Assembly (NCBI GenBank): GCA_040386535.1
Contig: JAZKFH010000009.1
Location: forward strand, 64,001-128,000
Direction of reading: 5' to 3'
Source: Myxococcota bacterium
Lineage (GTDB): Bacteria > Myxococcota_A > UBA796 > SXON01
DNA: 64,000 nucleotides
Below the pieces are notes generated by a model, which was not told where the DNA came from, searched no databases, and worked only from the letters and a program-made list of their open reading frames with translations. Both the position numbers and the translations under genes were made by a program. Below are positions 1-9,323 of this stretch, in pieces. Positions within the stretch are counted from its first letter, which is position 1; each line of letters starts with the position of its first letter.

Positions 1-660
1 GGCCTCGCTCTTGGCCTGGGACTCGGCGATGTCCGCCACCATCAGCACGTTGGCGATGCGCTCTCGGCCGATGCTGTCGAGGTACTTCACGTCGTCGTAG
101 ACGTTCAGGACGCGCAACGTGTCGAGCTGGATGCCGAGCTTCCGGAGATCGTCCTCGGCTTCGTCGAGCAGGGTGTTCGCGAACTTCAGGCGGTCTTCGT
201 TGACCTCCTCGGGGGTGAGCCGCGCGAGGACTCCCCGCAGGTGCCCCTCGAGAGACTCCTTGGCGACCCGGCTGATCTCGGCGGGGTCACGGCCCAGGAA
301 GCGCTCGACCGCGTTCATGATCACGCGCGGATCGCTGGACACCTTCACGTTGGAGATCGCGTGCAGGTTCAGCGGGATGCCGCCCTTGGAGTACGCGTTC
401 GTGACGTGCAGGTCGAGCGGGATGGTCGACAGGTTCATGGAGTCTACCCGCTCGAGCAGCGGCACCCGGATGGTGCGGCCGCCGAAGACGAGGCGGTAGC
501 CGACCTCCGATCCGTCCGCCATCGAGCGCTTCCGGCCCGAGAAGATCAAGACCTCGTCGGGCCGGCAGATGAAGATGAACTGCTTCGCGATGGCGACGGC
601 CATGAGGAGGCCGAAGCCTAGCCCCGTGGCGACGCAGAGGGCGGATACGAGCGCTTCCAA
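1..660 (-). CDS. Flotillin/SPFH-domain membrane protein (5' part; runs off the left edge)
   Basis: Not in the ORF track because it has no stop in the window. My translation from TTG at 660 (AGGAG RBS at 666-670): MEALVSALCVATGLGFGLLMAVAIAKQFIFICRPDEVLIFSGRKR...GYRLVFGGRTIRVPLLERVDSMNLSTIPLDLHVTNAYSKGGIPL, a typical bacterial flotillin N-terminus. Lies next to an NfeD-like gene. Confidence 0.9.
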   Translation of the reverse strand, partial: MEALVSALCVATGLGFGLLMAVAIAKQFIFICRPDEVLIFSGRKRSMADGSEVGYRLVFGGRTIRVPLLERVDSMNLSTIPLDLHVTNAYSKGGIPLNLHAISNVKVSSDPRVIMNAVERFLGRDPAEISRVAKESLEGHLRGVLARLTPEEVNEDRLKFANTLLDEAEDDLRKLGIQLDTLRVLNVYDDVKYLDSIGRERIANVLMVADIAESQAKSEA

Positions 661-670
661 GAGGGCTCCT

Positions 671-1369
671 TCAGGAGGGGGTGGAGAGTACGGTGGGGGG
701 GCGCCGATCGGGGCTGGCCGGCGTGACGTCGGCGGTGCCCCCCGACACGTCGACCACGAGGACACGTTCGCCCCGTTCGAGGACGCGTGCTTCCTTCGTG
801 GTGGCAGGCAGCTCGAGGGTCTGACCGTTGTGGATCAGGCGCACCTTGCCGAGCTTCCCGGGGCCCATGGTCAGGACGACCTCGGCGTCCCTCCCGCGGA
901 GGGTGCGGGCATCGAGCGCGCTGGAGACCGTGTCCCGGGAGACGGCGCGCAGGAGCGTCGTGACCCCGACCCCCACCACGGCGCCGGTCACCAGGGCCAA
1001 CACGAGCGTGATGAGCCAGGGGGTGGAGAGCAGGGAGAGCAGGAGGCCGGTCATCCCGAACGCAGCGAGCGCGAAGGTCCAGAACCGCAGCGACAGGATC
1101 GTCATCGCGATGGCGCTGAACCCCTGGAGGACCTCGGTGTGCGACTGCCCATGGTCGTGCCCGTGGACGAGGTCTTTCCCCAGGTCGTGATGGCCGTGGT
1201 CGTGGTCGTGGTCGTGCCCGTGATTGAGCTCATGACCGTGATCGACGTCATGCCCGGCGTCCGTGCCGTCCGCATCCCCGTCCGAGTCCTGCCCGCCGCC
1301 CAGCATCGAAGCCGCGATCAAGATGCCACCGAGCACGAGGCTGCCAGCGTAGAGCGCGATGAGGGTCAC
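671..1369 (-). CDS. NfeD-like (YqiJ-type) membrane protein with His/Asp-rich loop
   Basis: TM helix, His-rich loop, SLRFWTFALAAFGMTG TM pair and a C-terminal OB-fold-like segment (LRGRDAEVVLTMGPGKLGKV...GERVLVVDV). NfeD-flotillin pairing is established. Start moved to GTG 1369. Confidence 0.82.
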   Translation of the reverse strand: MTLIALYAGSLVLGGILIAASMLGGGQDSDGDADGTDAGHDVDHGHELNHGHDHDHDHGHHDLGKDLVHGHDHGQSHTEVLQGFSAIAMTILSLRFWTFALAAFGMTGLLLSLLSTPWLITLVLALVTGAVVGVGVTTLLRAVSRDTVSSALDARTLRGRDAEVVLTMGPGKLGKVRLIHNGQTLELPATTKEARVLERGERVLVVDVSGGTADVTPASPDRRPPTVLSTPS

Positions 1370-1400
1370 GATGGCATCCTGGCAGGGGAAGACGGAGGAA

Positions 1401-1733
1401 TCAACGCCCACGCGCGAGGTTGAGCCAACCGGCGATGAAGCAGACGCCACCGATCGGTGTGATCGCGCCGAGGATGGGTAGGTCGAGGAGCACGAGCGTG
1501 TACAGGCTGCCGCTGAAGATCAGGATGCCGCAAAGGAAGAGGACGCTCGTCAAGCGGCGCGGCACGGGCGCGAGGGAGAGCGCCAGGAGGGCCACGGCAT
1601 GGACGAGGTGGTAGCTCGATGCGGTGTGCCAGGTTTCGAGCCGTTCGGGCGTGACCCGGCTCTCCAAGGCATGGGCGCCGAAGGCTCCCGCGGCGACCGC
1701 GGTGGCTCCGAGGAGGGCGGCGATGCGCCTCAT
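1401..1733 (-). CDS. DUF423 (YgdD/TMEM256) family membrane protein
   Basis: Motifs GAFGAH, TASSYHLVHAVALL, GILIFSGSLY and GAITPIGG. ATG 1733 overlaps the upstream stop (ATGA). Confidence 0.9.
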   Translation of the reverse strand: MRRIAALLGATAVAAGAFGAHALESRVTPERLETWHTASSYHLVHAVALLALSLAPVPRRLTSVLFLCGILIFSGSLYTLVLLDLPILGAITPIGGVCFIAGWLNLARGR

Positions 1734-1951
1734 TCGGCGCTCCCGAGCGCCGAGAGGGCCGCGACGAGCTCGTCCGTTCCGCCGAACCGCATGGTGGCTC
1801 CGTCGATCCGGCAGAGGAGGTAGCGCTCGCACGCGTCGCATCGATCGAAGCACTCGACGGTGGACAGCGCGCCTCCCGCGGCGGCCACGCGGAGGGGGAG
1901 ACCCGGATCGTGCCGCCCCATGCCCGTGGCGCAGACGACGACCTCGATCAT
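1730..1951 (-). CDS. Small Cys-containing protein, DUF1450/YuzB-like
   Basis: 73 aa; N-terminal IEVVVC, then C-x3-C-x2-C (ECFDRCDAC), IDG and a terminal helix (DELVAAL). Coupled to the DUF423 gene. Confidence 0.6.
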   Translation of the reverse strand: MIEVVVCATGMGRHDPGLPLRVAAAGGALSTVECFDRCDACERYLLCRIDGATMRFGGTDELVAALSALGSAE

Positions 1952-2115
1952 GCTGCCTCGACGAGGGAATAGCTGGCGGACATCTCGCGACTGTATCCTG
2001 TCGTCGGCTGGCGCGAGGGCTGGGTGGAGCCCGCTTCCGGACGGGCCACGCGACGAGCGCGAGCTGAACGTAGTTATCGTCGTGCGGACATATTCTGGCC
2101 TTGCGGGGGAGAGGT

Positions 2116-2133
2116 CCTGAACGTACGTTCAGG
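2116..2133. promoter_or_regulatory. LexA (SOS) box, Myxococcus type
   Basis: Perfect 18-bp palindrome CCTGAACGTACGTTCAGG ending 1 nt before the imuA ATG. One mismatch to the M. xanthus consensus CTRHAMRYBYGTTCAGS. Candidate -10 TATTCT at 2091-2096 and a half-site CTGAACGTA at 2064-2072. Confidence 0.85.
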
Positions 2134-2134
2134 C

Positions 2135-2956
2135 ATGCCTCAGCTGCCCCTCCGGCTCGTGCCGCCCCGGATCGACACCGGGACGTGTCCTCGCTCCGAG
2201 GTCGCATGGGCACCCGTACGGACGCAACCCGAGCCCGCTCCTACCTCGTCGCGGTCGGCCGCCATCGAGCGGCTACGGGCGCTGGTGGGTTCACGGGGTC
2301 GGGTCGGGATCGTGCCGCCGCTGCCGGATCCCGTCGTGCCCGACCTCCCGTCGCTCGCGCCGGGCCACCTCTCCACTGGGATCCATGGCCTCGACACGTG
2401 GCTGCACGGCTGGCCTCAGCCCGGGCCGGTCGAGCTGGTCGGCCCGCCGGGGAGCGGGCGGCTCGCGCTTGTGATTCCGCTGATCGAGCGGCTCACCCGG
2501 CAGGGGCGATCGGTGCTCCTCGTGGATCCGCTCCACCAGGTTCATCCTCCTGGCTTGGGGCGGGCGGATTTGTCCCGCCTCGTGATGGTCCGGCCACCGG
2601 GAGAGCGCGCGGCATGGGCAGCCGAACAGGTGGCGCGTTCGGGCGCGGTCGACCTGCTGCTCGTCCTCGATGCGCCGCCGCTGGGGAGAGGTGGCGTGCG
2701 GCTCGCCCGAGCGGCCGAGGCCGGCGGCATGGTCGTGTTCGTGCTCGCCGAGCGCCCGGAGGCCGAACTCCCGGCCTCGTTGCGCATCGAGACAGGGGGG
2801 TGGCAGGGAGACCACGTGCGGGTGCGCTGCACCCGCAGTCGGGATGGGCGGATGGTGGGGGAGAGGCTGATCGTGCCGTCCGAGTCGCCCCTGTACATCC
2901 CGCGGCCTCCGGTCCGAACCGATTCTGCGCGTCTCCGTCGCGTCGGAGCGGGCTGA
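2135..2956 (+). CDS. imuA: ImuA / RecA-like mutagenesis protein
   Basis: STGIHGLDTWLHGWP, degenerate Walker A GPPGSGR, LLVDP and WAAEQVARSG. Lies after an SOS box and overlaps the imuB start (TGATG). Confidence 0.85.
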   Translation: MPQLPLRLVPPRIDTGTCPRSEVAWAPVRTQPEPAPTSSRSAAIERLRALVGSRGRVGIVPPLPDPVVPDLPSLAPGHLSTGIHGLDTWLHGWPQPGPVELVGPPGSGRLALVIPLIERLTRQGRSVLLVDPLHQVHPPGLGRADLSRLVMVRPPGERAAWAAEQVARSGAVDLLLVLDAPPLGRGGVRLARAAEAGGMVVFVLAERPEAELPASLRIETGGWQGDHVRVRCTRSRDGRMVGERLIVPSESPLYIPRPPVRTDSARLRRVGAG

Positions 2957-5900
2957 TGCGGCGTGGGTTCCTCGCCATCCACCTGCCCGGGTTCCGCCTG
3001 GAGCGTTGCGGTTGGGATCCGCACGTGCCGGCCGTGCTCGTCGCGGTCTCGCGGGGTGCCGAGCGGGTGATCGCGCTCTCGCTGCCCGCGGGACAGGCTG
3101 GTGTCCGTCTCGGGATGACGCTCGCGGGCGCCCGCGCCCAGCTCCCGGAGGTGCGCGTCGAGCGCCTCGATCCCGCGGGGGAGCTCGCGGATCTCGAGGC
3201 GTTGTGTGTGGCGCTCTGCCGCTTCACGCCGGCCGCCCGCCCAGTGCCCCCCGATGCGCTCCTCCTCGAGGTGGGACCCCTCGCCCTCGGGCCCGTCCGC
3301 GCCTGTCTCGCGGAGCTCGGCCACCTGTGCCGCCTCGTCCTCGCCGAGGAGGGCGGCGCGGCGCTCGCGCTCGCGCGCCACTCTCGGCGCGACCGGGTGA
3401 TCCAGCCGGGTGGTGTCGCCGCGGCCCTCGCACCGCTCCCCGTCACCGCGCTGGAGCTCCCCGAGGCCGTGTTGCTCTCGCTCCACGACGTGGGGATCCG
3501 GACTATCGCGGAGTTCGCGGCGCTTCCCACCGCCGCGCTCACCGGGCGGTACGGGCCCGAGATCGCGGCAGCCCACGCGCGAGCCACCGGGCGCGCGGCT
3601 CCCGCCCCGCTCCCCCTCCCGCCGCCGCGGGAGGAATCCTCCTTCCACATCGACTTCGGGGATGCCGTAGAGGTGCTCGAGGCCGTGCTCTTCGTACTGA
3701 ACGGCCTCGTCCGCGACCTCACCGCGTCGCTGGAGCGCACGGGCCAGGCCGCCATGCGGGTCCAGGTCCGGCTACGCCTCGAGCCCGGCGAGCACCTCGT
3801 GCCCGTGCGCCTCGGCCAGCCTTCCCGGGGCCCCGAGCGTCTGTTCCGCCTTCTGCGAGCGCGGTTGGAGCGGGTGCAACTCGGCGCGCCCGTGATCGGG
3901 GTCGGGCTCGAGCTGCTGGAGGCGGCCCCCTTCCGCGCCGCGCAGCCGAGCCTCCTCGATCGCGCGGAGGCCGTGGAGCCGCTCCCCGAGCTTTGCGCCC
4001 GCCTTCAGGACGTGCTCGGGGCCGAAGCCGTGTGCGTGCCGGCGCCCGTCGACACCTGGCGCCCGGAGGCCGCGTGGACCGCGGTGCCCTGGGGGCAGCC
4101 CCTCCCGAACCCCCCGTCTCCGTCGGGCGTGCCCGATCCTGCGGCACCCCACGAGCCCGGTGACGTCGAGCGATCCCGGCCATCCCTGATCCTGGCTACG
4201 CCCTCCGCGCTCCGCGTCGCGGCCGCACCGTCCGGGCGCCCCCGGGCGCTCCTGCTCGATCGTGTATGGACCCCCCTCCCGATCGCGGAGGGGCCGGAGC
4301 GTCTTGCGGGCGAGTGGTGGCGGGCCGACGGGTGGCGGCGGGACTACTGGCGGGTCGGCCTTCCGGATGGCCGTCGGGCGTGGATCTTCCGCGAGGCGCT
4401 GCCGGGCGACCTCGATCCGATGTCCCAACGGTGGTTCCTCCACGGCTGGCTGGACGGCGGGGATGTGCACGCGCACGCGCTCCCTCCGTCCGAGCCCCCT
4501 CCTTCGCCCGAGGGCCCGCCTTCGTCCCGAGAGGAGGCGCCCCAGCGCCGCCGAGCCGCCCGCCCCCCTCCCGCCCGCTACGCGGAGCTCGTCTGCCGAT
4601 CCAACTACTCGTTCTGCGAGGGCGCCTCCTTCCCTGAGGAACTCGTCGCGAAGGCGAAAGAGCTTGGCCTCTCGGCCCTCGCGCTCACGGATAGGGACGG
4701 GGTGTACGGAAGCGTCCGCTTCCACCGCGCCGCCGACGGCCTGCCGATCCTCCACGGATCCCTGCTCACGCTTCGGGCGGGGCACGAGCGGGTGCTCGAC
4801 GGCGGAGCGTCATGGTCGGCGGTCGCGCTCGTCCAGGATCTCACTGGCTGGGCGAGCCTATGCCGGCTGCTGTCGACCGCGCGGGGCCTGGCGACGAAGG
4901 GGCACGCCGAGATGCCACTGGAACGGCTCCTGGAGCGGAACGAGGGGCTGATCATCCTCGCTCGCGGAGACTGGCCGGACGATGCCCTTGCCCGCCTCCA
5001 CGCGGCGGTCGGGGATCGCCTCTACCGCGCGGTGAGCCGGCGCCTCGCGCCCGGCGAGGAGGCGAGGATCGAGGCGCTCGTCCGGGGGCCGATCCCTTGC
5101 GTCGCCACGAACGACGTGCTCCTGCACAGCCCGGAGCGCGCCCGTCTCCAGGACGTGCTGGCCTGCATCCGCATGCAGACCACCCTGCCGAAGGCGGGGC
5201 GCCGGCTCCAGCCGAACGCGGAGCGCGTGCTCAAGGATCCGGAGCGGATGGCTCGACTCTTCCGCCCCTGGCCCGAGCTGATCGCGCGCACGATCGAGAT
5301 CGTGGGCCGGTGCAGCTTCTCGATGAGCCAGCTGAAGTACCAGTACCCGCGCGAGGTCGTCCCTGACGGCTACTCCGCCATGGAGTGGCTCCGGGAGATC
5401 ACCCGCCGTGGCGTGCGCGAGCGGTATGGCCCCACCCCCGCGATCGACGTTGTCCGCCAGATCGAGTACGAGCTCGACATCATCGGCCGGCTCGACTTCG
5501 CAGCCTACTTCCTGACTGTTCACGATCTCGTGCGCTTCGCGCGCTCCCGCGGCATCCTCTGTCAAGGCCGGGGGAGCGCTGCGAACTCCGCGGTCTGCTA
5601 CGTCCTCGGGGTCACGGCTGTCGATCCCGCGCACACCAACCTCCTCTTCGAACGTTTCATCTCCGAGGAGCGCGGCGAGCCGCCCGACATCGACATCGAT
5701 TTCGAGCACGAGCGGCGAGAGGAGGTGCTCCAGTACGTCTACGAAAAGTACGGCCGTGACCGCGCGGCGATGGTGAACGAAATCATCTCCTGGCGCGGGC
5801 GCATGGCGGTACGGGACATCGGCAAGGCCGTCGGGCTCGGCCTCGACCAGGTGGATCGCCTCGCCAAGGCGATGGAGGCCTGGGGGGGCAAGCCCCCCTC

Positions 5901-7653
5901 CGAGGAGCGGATCCGGGAGGCCGGTCTCGACCCGACCGACCCCGCCCTCGCCCTCACCCAGTCGCTCGTGGGCGAAATCCAGGGCTTCCCGCGTCACACG
6001 TCCATCCATGTCGGCGGCTTCGTGATCTCCGACGGCCCGCTCCTCGATCGCGCGCCGATCGAGCCGGCCAGCATGGCGGATCGCACGGTCATCCAGTGGG
6101 ACAAGAACGACATCGACGACCTCGGCTTCGTCAAGGTCGACCTCCTCTCCCTCGGCATGTTGACCGCCATCCGCAAGTGTTTCGGGCTGATGCGGACCGC
6201 CCATGGCGTCCACCACGACCTCGCGTCGGTCCCCCGCGAGGATCCGGGCGTGTATGACATGCTCTGCGAGGGTGACTCCACCGGTGTGTTCCAGGTCGAG
6301 AGCCGTGCCCAGCAGGGCATGCTCCCGCGCCTGAAGCCGCGGTGCTTCTACGACCTCGTCATCGAGACCGCCATCGTGCGCCCGGGGCCCATCCAGGGGG
6401 GCATGGTGCACCCCTACTTGCGCCGGCGCACCGGCCAGGAAGAGGTCACCTACGTCGACGAGCGGCTGCGTCCCATCCTTGCGCGTACGCTCGGGATCCC
6501 GATCTTCCAGGAGCAGGTGATGGCGATGGCCGTCGCCGTCGGCGGGTTCACGCCCGGAGAGGCCGACGCATTGCGGCGCGCGATGGGCGCCTGGCGGCGC
6601 AAGGGTGGGCTCGGAGAGCTGGGCGAGAAGCTCATGCGTGGCATGAAGAGCAACGGACTGCCCGACGAGTACGCGGCGCAGATCTTCCAGCAGATCCAGG
6701 GGTTTGCCGAGTACGGCTTCCCCGAGTCGCACGCAGCCTCCTTCGCGCACCTCGTCTACGTCTCGTCGTGGCAGCGCTGCTACTTCCCGGCGGCGTTCTG
6801 CGCGGCCCTCATCAATTCGCAGCCGATGGGCTTCTACGCCCCGCGTTCGCTCGTGGCCGACGCGCAGCGCCACGGCGTGCAGGCGCGCGGGATCGACGTG
6901 ACCGTCTCACAGTGGGACTGCACGCTCGAGCCCACCCCGGACGGGCCCGCGCTGCGCCTCGGTATGCGGCTGGTAAAGGGCCTCAAGGAGGAGGCCGGCC
7001 GCGCCGTCGAGGCGGCACGGCGGGAGCGTGCCTACGTCGATCTCTCCGATTTCGGGGTACGGACGGGCCTCGATCGGGGTGGGTTGCTCGCCCTTGCGCG
7101 CGCTGGCGCCCTGGACGCGCTGCTGCCACCAGACCAGCGGGGCGCCCGCGGGGCGGTGTGGGCGGTCGAGGGGCTCTGGGGCGGGCTCTTCGCCCGCACA
7201 CCCCGCGTAGAGGAGCAGATCGCCCTCCCCATCGCGAGCGCCTTCGACGAGGTGCAGGCGGACTACCGGTCCACCGGGCTCTCCGTGCGGAGCCACCCGG
7301 TGGGGCTCGTTCGTGCGCGCCTCGACGCAGAGGGGATCGTCCCGCTCGCGCGGCTCCTGGAGGTCCGGCCGGACACGGTGGTGCGGATCGCGGGGCTCGT
7401 CTCTCACCGGCAGCGCCCCGGCACCGCGTCCGGCGTCGTGTTCATGACGTTGGAGGACGAGACGGGTACGGTCAACGTCGTGGTGTGGCCCAAGCTCTTC
7501 GAGCGCCAACGCCAGCTGATCCGGGGCGAGCCGCTGGTGTGCATCTCTGGCGTCGTCCAGCGTGAAGGGGAGGCGATCAGCGTGGTGGCGCGGCACTTCA
7601 CCCCGCTGGATGCGGCGCCGCCGGTGCGGGCGCCGAGCCGTGACTTCCGATGA
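2956..7653 (+). CDS. dnaE2: ImuB-DnaE2 (ImuC) fusion, error-prone DNA polymerase (1565 aa)
   Basis: ATG 2956. ImuB part: inactive Y-family fold, clamp motif QPSLL and GPERLAGEWW...RDYW...WFLHGW. After a Pro-rich linker, DnaE2: YAELVCRSNYSF, GRGSAANS, PPDIDIDFEHERRE, KVDLLSLG, YGFPESHAASF and the terminal SRDFR signature. No stop between the two parts. Confidence 0.92.
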   Translation: MRRGFLAIHLPGFRLERCGWDPHVPAVLVAVSRGAERVIALSLPAGQAGVRLGMTLAGARAQLPEVRVERLDPAGELADLEALCVALCRFTPAARPVPPDALLLEVGPLALGPVRACLAELGHLCRLVLAEEGGAALALARHSRRDRVIQPGGVAAALAPLPVTALELPEAVLLSLHDVGIRTIAEFAALPTAALTGRYGPEIAAAHARATGRAAPAPLPLPPPREESSFHIDFGDAVEVLEAVLFVLNGLVRDLTASLERTGQAAMRVQVRLRLEPGEHLVPVRLGQPSRGPERLFRLLRARLERVQLGAPVIGVGLELLEAAPFRAAQPSLLDRAEAVEPLPELCARLQDVLGAEAVCVPAPVDTWRPEAAWTAVPWGQPLPNPPSPSGVPDPAAPHEPGDVERSRPSLILATPSALRVAAAPSGRPRALLLDRVWTPLPIAEGPERLAGEWWRADGWRRDYWRVGLPDGRRAWIFREALPGDLDPMSQRWFLHGWLDGGDVHAHALPPSEPPPSPEGPPSSREEAPQRRRAARPPPARYAELVCRSNYSFCEGASFPEELVAKAKELGLSALALTDRDGVYGSVRFHRAADGLPILHGSLLTLRAGHERVLDGGASWSAVALVQDLTGWASLCRLLSTARGLATKGHAEMPLERLLERNEGLIILARGDWPDDALARLHAAVGDRLYRAVSRRLAPGEEARIEALVRGPIPCVATNDVLLHSPERARLQDVLACIRMQTTLPKAGRRLQPNAERVLKDPERMARLFRPWPELIARTIEIVGRCSFSMSQLKYQYPREVVPDGYSAMEWLREITRRGVRERYGPTPAIDVVRQIEYELDIIGRLDFAAYFLTVHDLVRFARSRGILCQGRGSAANSAVCYVLGVTAVDPAHTNLLFERFISEERGEPPDIDIDFEHERREEVLQYVYEKYGRDRAAMVNEIISWRGRMAVRDIGKAVGLGLDQVDRLAKAMEAWGGKPPSEERIREAGLDPTDPALALTQSLVGEIQGFPRHTSIHVGGFVISDGPLLDRAPIEPASMADRTVIQWDKNDIDDLGFVKVDLLSLGMLTAIRKCFGLMRTAHGVHHDLASVPREDPGVYDMLCEGDSTGVFQVESRAQQGMLPRLKPRCFYDLVIETAIVRPGPIQGGMVHPYLRRRTGQEEVTYVDERLRPILARTLGIPIFQEQVMAMAVAVGGFTPGEADALRRAMGAWRRKGGLGELGEKLMRGMKSNGLPDEYAAQIFQQIQGFAEYGFPESHAASFAHLVYVSSWQRCYFPAAFCAALINSQPMGFYAPRSLVADAQRHGVQARGIDVTVSQWDCTLEPTPDGPALRLGMRLVKGLKEEAGRAVEAARRERAYVDLSDFGVRTGLDRGGLLALARAGALDALLPPDQRGARGAVWAVEGLWGGLFARTPRVEEQIALPIASAFDEVQADYRSTGLSVRSHPVGLVRARLDAEGIVPLARLLEVRPDTVVRIAGLVSHRQRPGTASGVVFMTLEDETGTVNVVVWPKLFERQRQLIRGEPLVCISGVVQREGEAISVVARHFTPLDAAPPVRAPSRDFR

Positions 7654-9323
7654 GCGCCGTCACCCAGGTCGTGCGCGCGCGGGGGCGATGGAGGCGCCTC
7701 TTTGGGTTAGCTGGCTGCATGTTCGTCGTGCTCTCGTTGTTGGCGTGCTCGAGTGGTGGGACAGACCCCGATGCCACCATCCCGCCCCCCCTCGTGCCCA
7801 CCCCCTCTGACGACGGTCCGCTGCCCGAGCCCCGCCTGGGTGTCTCCGAGGTGGTGACCCCGCCCGAGGTCTTGCGGCCAACCGAGGTCCAGGACGGCGC
7901 GGCGCCTCCCCAGCTCGACGTGTGGTTCGATCCCGACACCACCACGTTCGACGCGCTGCGCACGAGGCTTGTCGGGTGGGGCTTCTCCATCCTCGACGGG
8001 GACGGGGAGAGCTGGCGGGTGGGCGTGCCGCACGGGAGCGACTGGCCGGCCCGCCTTCTCCCGTTGCCGGAGGTCGCCAAGGTCACCGAGGCGGTCGATC
8101 TGATCGCGCTCGAGAGTGGCGCCTTCCGCGAGGGAAGCGAGCGCTACGGAAACCTGATCCACAGCTGGTCCTGGCGCCCGGGCGGACCGGTTCAGGCGGT
8201 CAGCGGCGGGCGCTCTCCGCCCGAGCCCGTGCTTCCGCACGCCCTCCCGGCCCAGGTCGTCCGCTGCCTCTCGCCAATTCGCACCGAGATGACCACGGGT
8301 GTCTCCGTGGGCGTGGGCTGGGAGCGCGCCCTCGTCGCCAACCCGCCTACCTGGGTGCTGGTGGTGGAGTCCTTCGGTGCGTGTGACGCGTCGGGGTGGA
8401 TCCCCCTCCGCGCCGACGCCTCGGTGACCACCCTCACCGTGGGCGGCCGCCCGCTCGCCGAGCTCGACGGCGCCACGATCCACACCCTCGCGGTCGACTA
8501 TCTCCGCCAGCCGCGGCCCTTCGAGGACCCCTCAGGGATCGCCGCGTGGGATCTCCTCCGCACGGCCCCCTCCGACACCCTCGCCGCCGCGGTGACCGAG
8601 GTCGCGCCGGGTCCCTTCCAGGAGCGGCTCTGGGAGGAGCTCGATCAGCGGGATCACGCCGCGGCCTTGGCGCTCGCGGGGCAGTCGGCCTCGCCGGTCC
8701 TGCGCGGAGCGGCCACGGCCGAGGTCGAGGCTCTTCGCACCGCGTCGCTGAACGATCCCAAGGCCCCGGCCGATGCCGTCTTCGCGGCGCTCACCGTGTG
8801 GCGGCCCGGTCCGACCGATCCGCCCGAGACGCTGGCGCGCCTTCGCCAGAGCGCGTCGCCGCGGGTACGCGAGAAGGCGTGGGAGCTCACGCTCGACGCC
8901 ACGAACGTCGCCTGTATGGAGCGGCTGAAGACCGTCGCTACCGCAGATGTGTCCGCCGCGTCGTCGGTGTACCGGGAGTGCCCGCAACAACCCGTCCGCA
9001 TGGCCGCCTTCCAACGCGTCGCGGCGCTCGACCGCGTGGCGGCGGCGGCCATGGTGAACGTCGTGCTCGAGGAGCCCGAGACCCTGCGAACCGGTGTCGC
9101 CGCCGTGCGGCACGCCGCGGCCATCGAGCGCTGGGATCTGCTCGAAACGTTGGTCCAGCGCCCGTCGGTCACGCGGGACGTGCGCCGGGTCGCCCTCGAA
9201 TTCCTGGTTGGGGCGGGCGTCCCCCAGGCCCCCGAGCTGGTGGAACAACACGGTGGGTACCTCGGCTACACGCCCGCTGTCACCGCTCCGCCCGCCGGGG
9301 CGGTCACGGCCTCGGAGGGCTGA
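7650..9323 (+). CDS. Hypothetical lipoprotein with helical (HEAT-like) C-terminal region
   Basis: ATGA overlap with dnaE2 (alternative ATG 7719). Lipobox LLAC-SSGG; C-terminal SPRVRE.A / VRMAAF / VRRVALEFL helices. Confidence 0.6.
   Translation: MSAVTQVVRARGRWRRLFGLAGCMFVVLSLLACSSGGTDPDATIPPPLVPTPSDDGPLPEPRLGVSEVVTPPEVLRPTEVQDGAAPPQLDVWFDPDTTTFDALRTRLVGWGFSILDGDGESWRVGVPHGSDWPARLLPLPEVAKVTEAVDLIALESGAFREGSERYGNLIHSWSWRPGGPVQAVSGGRSPPEPVLPHALPAQVVRCLSPIRTEMTTGVSVGVGWERALVANPPTWVLVVESFGACDASGWIPLRADASVTTLTVGGRPLAELDGATIHTLAVDYLRQPRPFEDPSGIAAWDLLRTAPSDTLAAAVTEVAPGPFQERLWEELDQRDHAAALALAGQSASPVLRGAATAEVEALRTASLNDPKAPADAVFAALTVWRPGPTDPPETLARLRQSASPRVREKAWELTLDATNVACMERLKTVATADVSAASSVYRECPQQPVRMAAFQRVAALDRVAAAAMVNVVLEEPETLRTGVAAVRHAAAIERWDLLETLVQRPSVTRDVRRVALEFLVGAGVPQAPELVEQHGGYLGYTPAVTAPPAGAVTASEG

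Noticed and set aside
2101..2955. Track ORF 2101..7653 starting at TTG 2101 (1850 aa)
   Set aside because: The first 285 codons overlap imuA in another frame and read as Arg/Gly-rich noise. ATG 2956 with TGATG coupling is the sensible start, so this is not an ImuA-ImuB-DnaE2 triple fusion.
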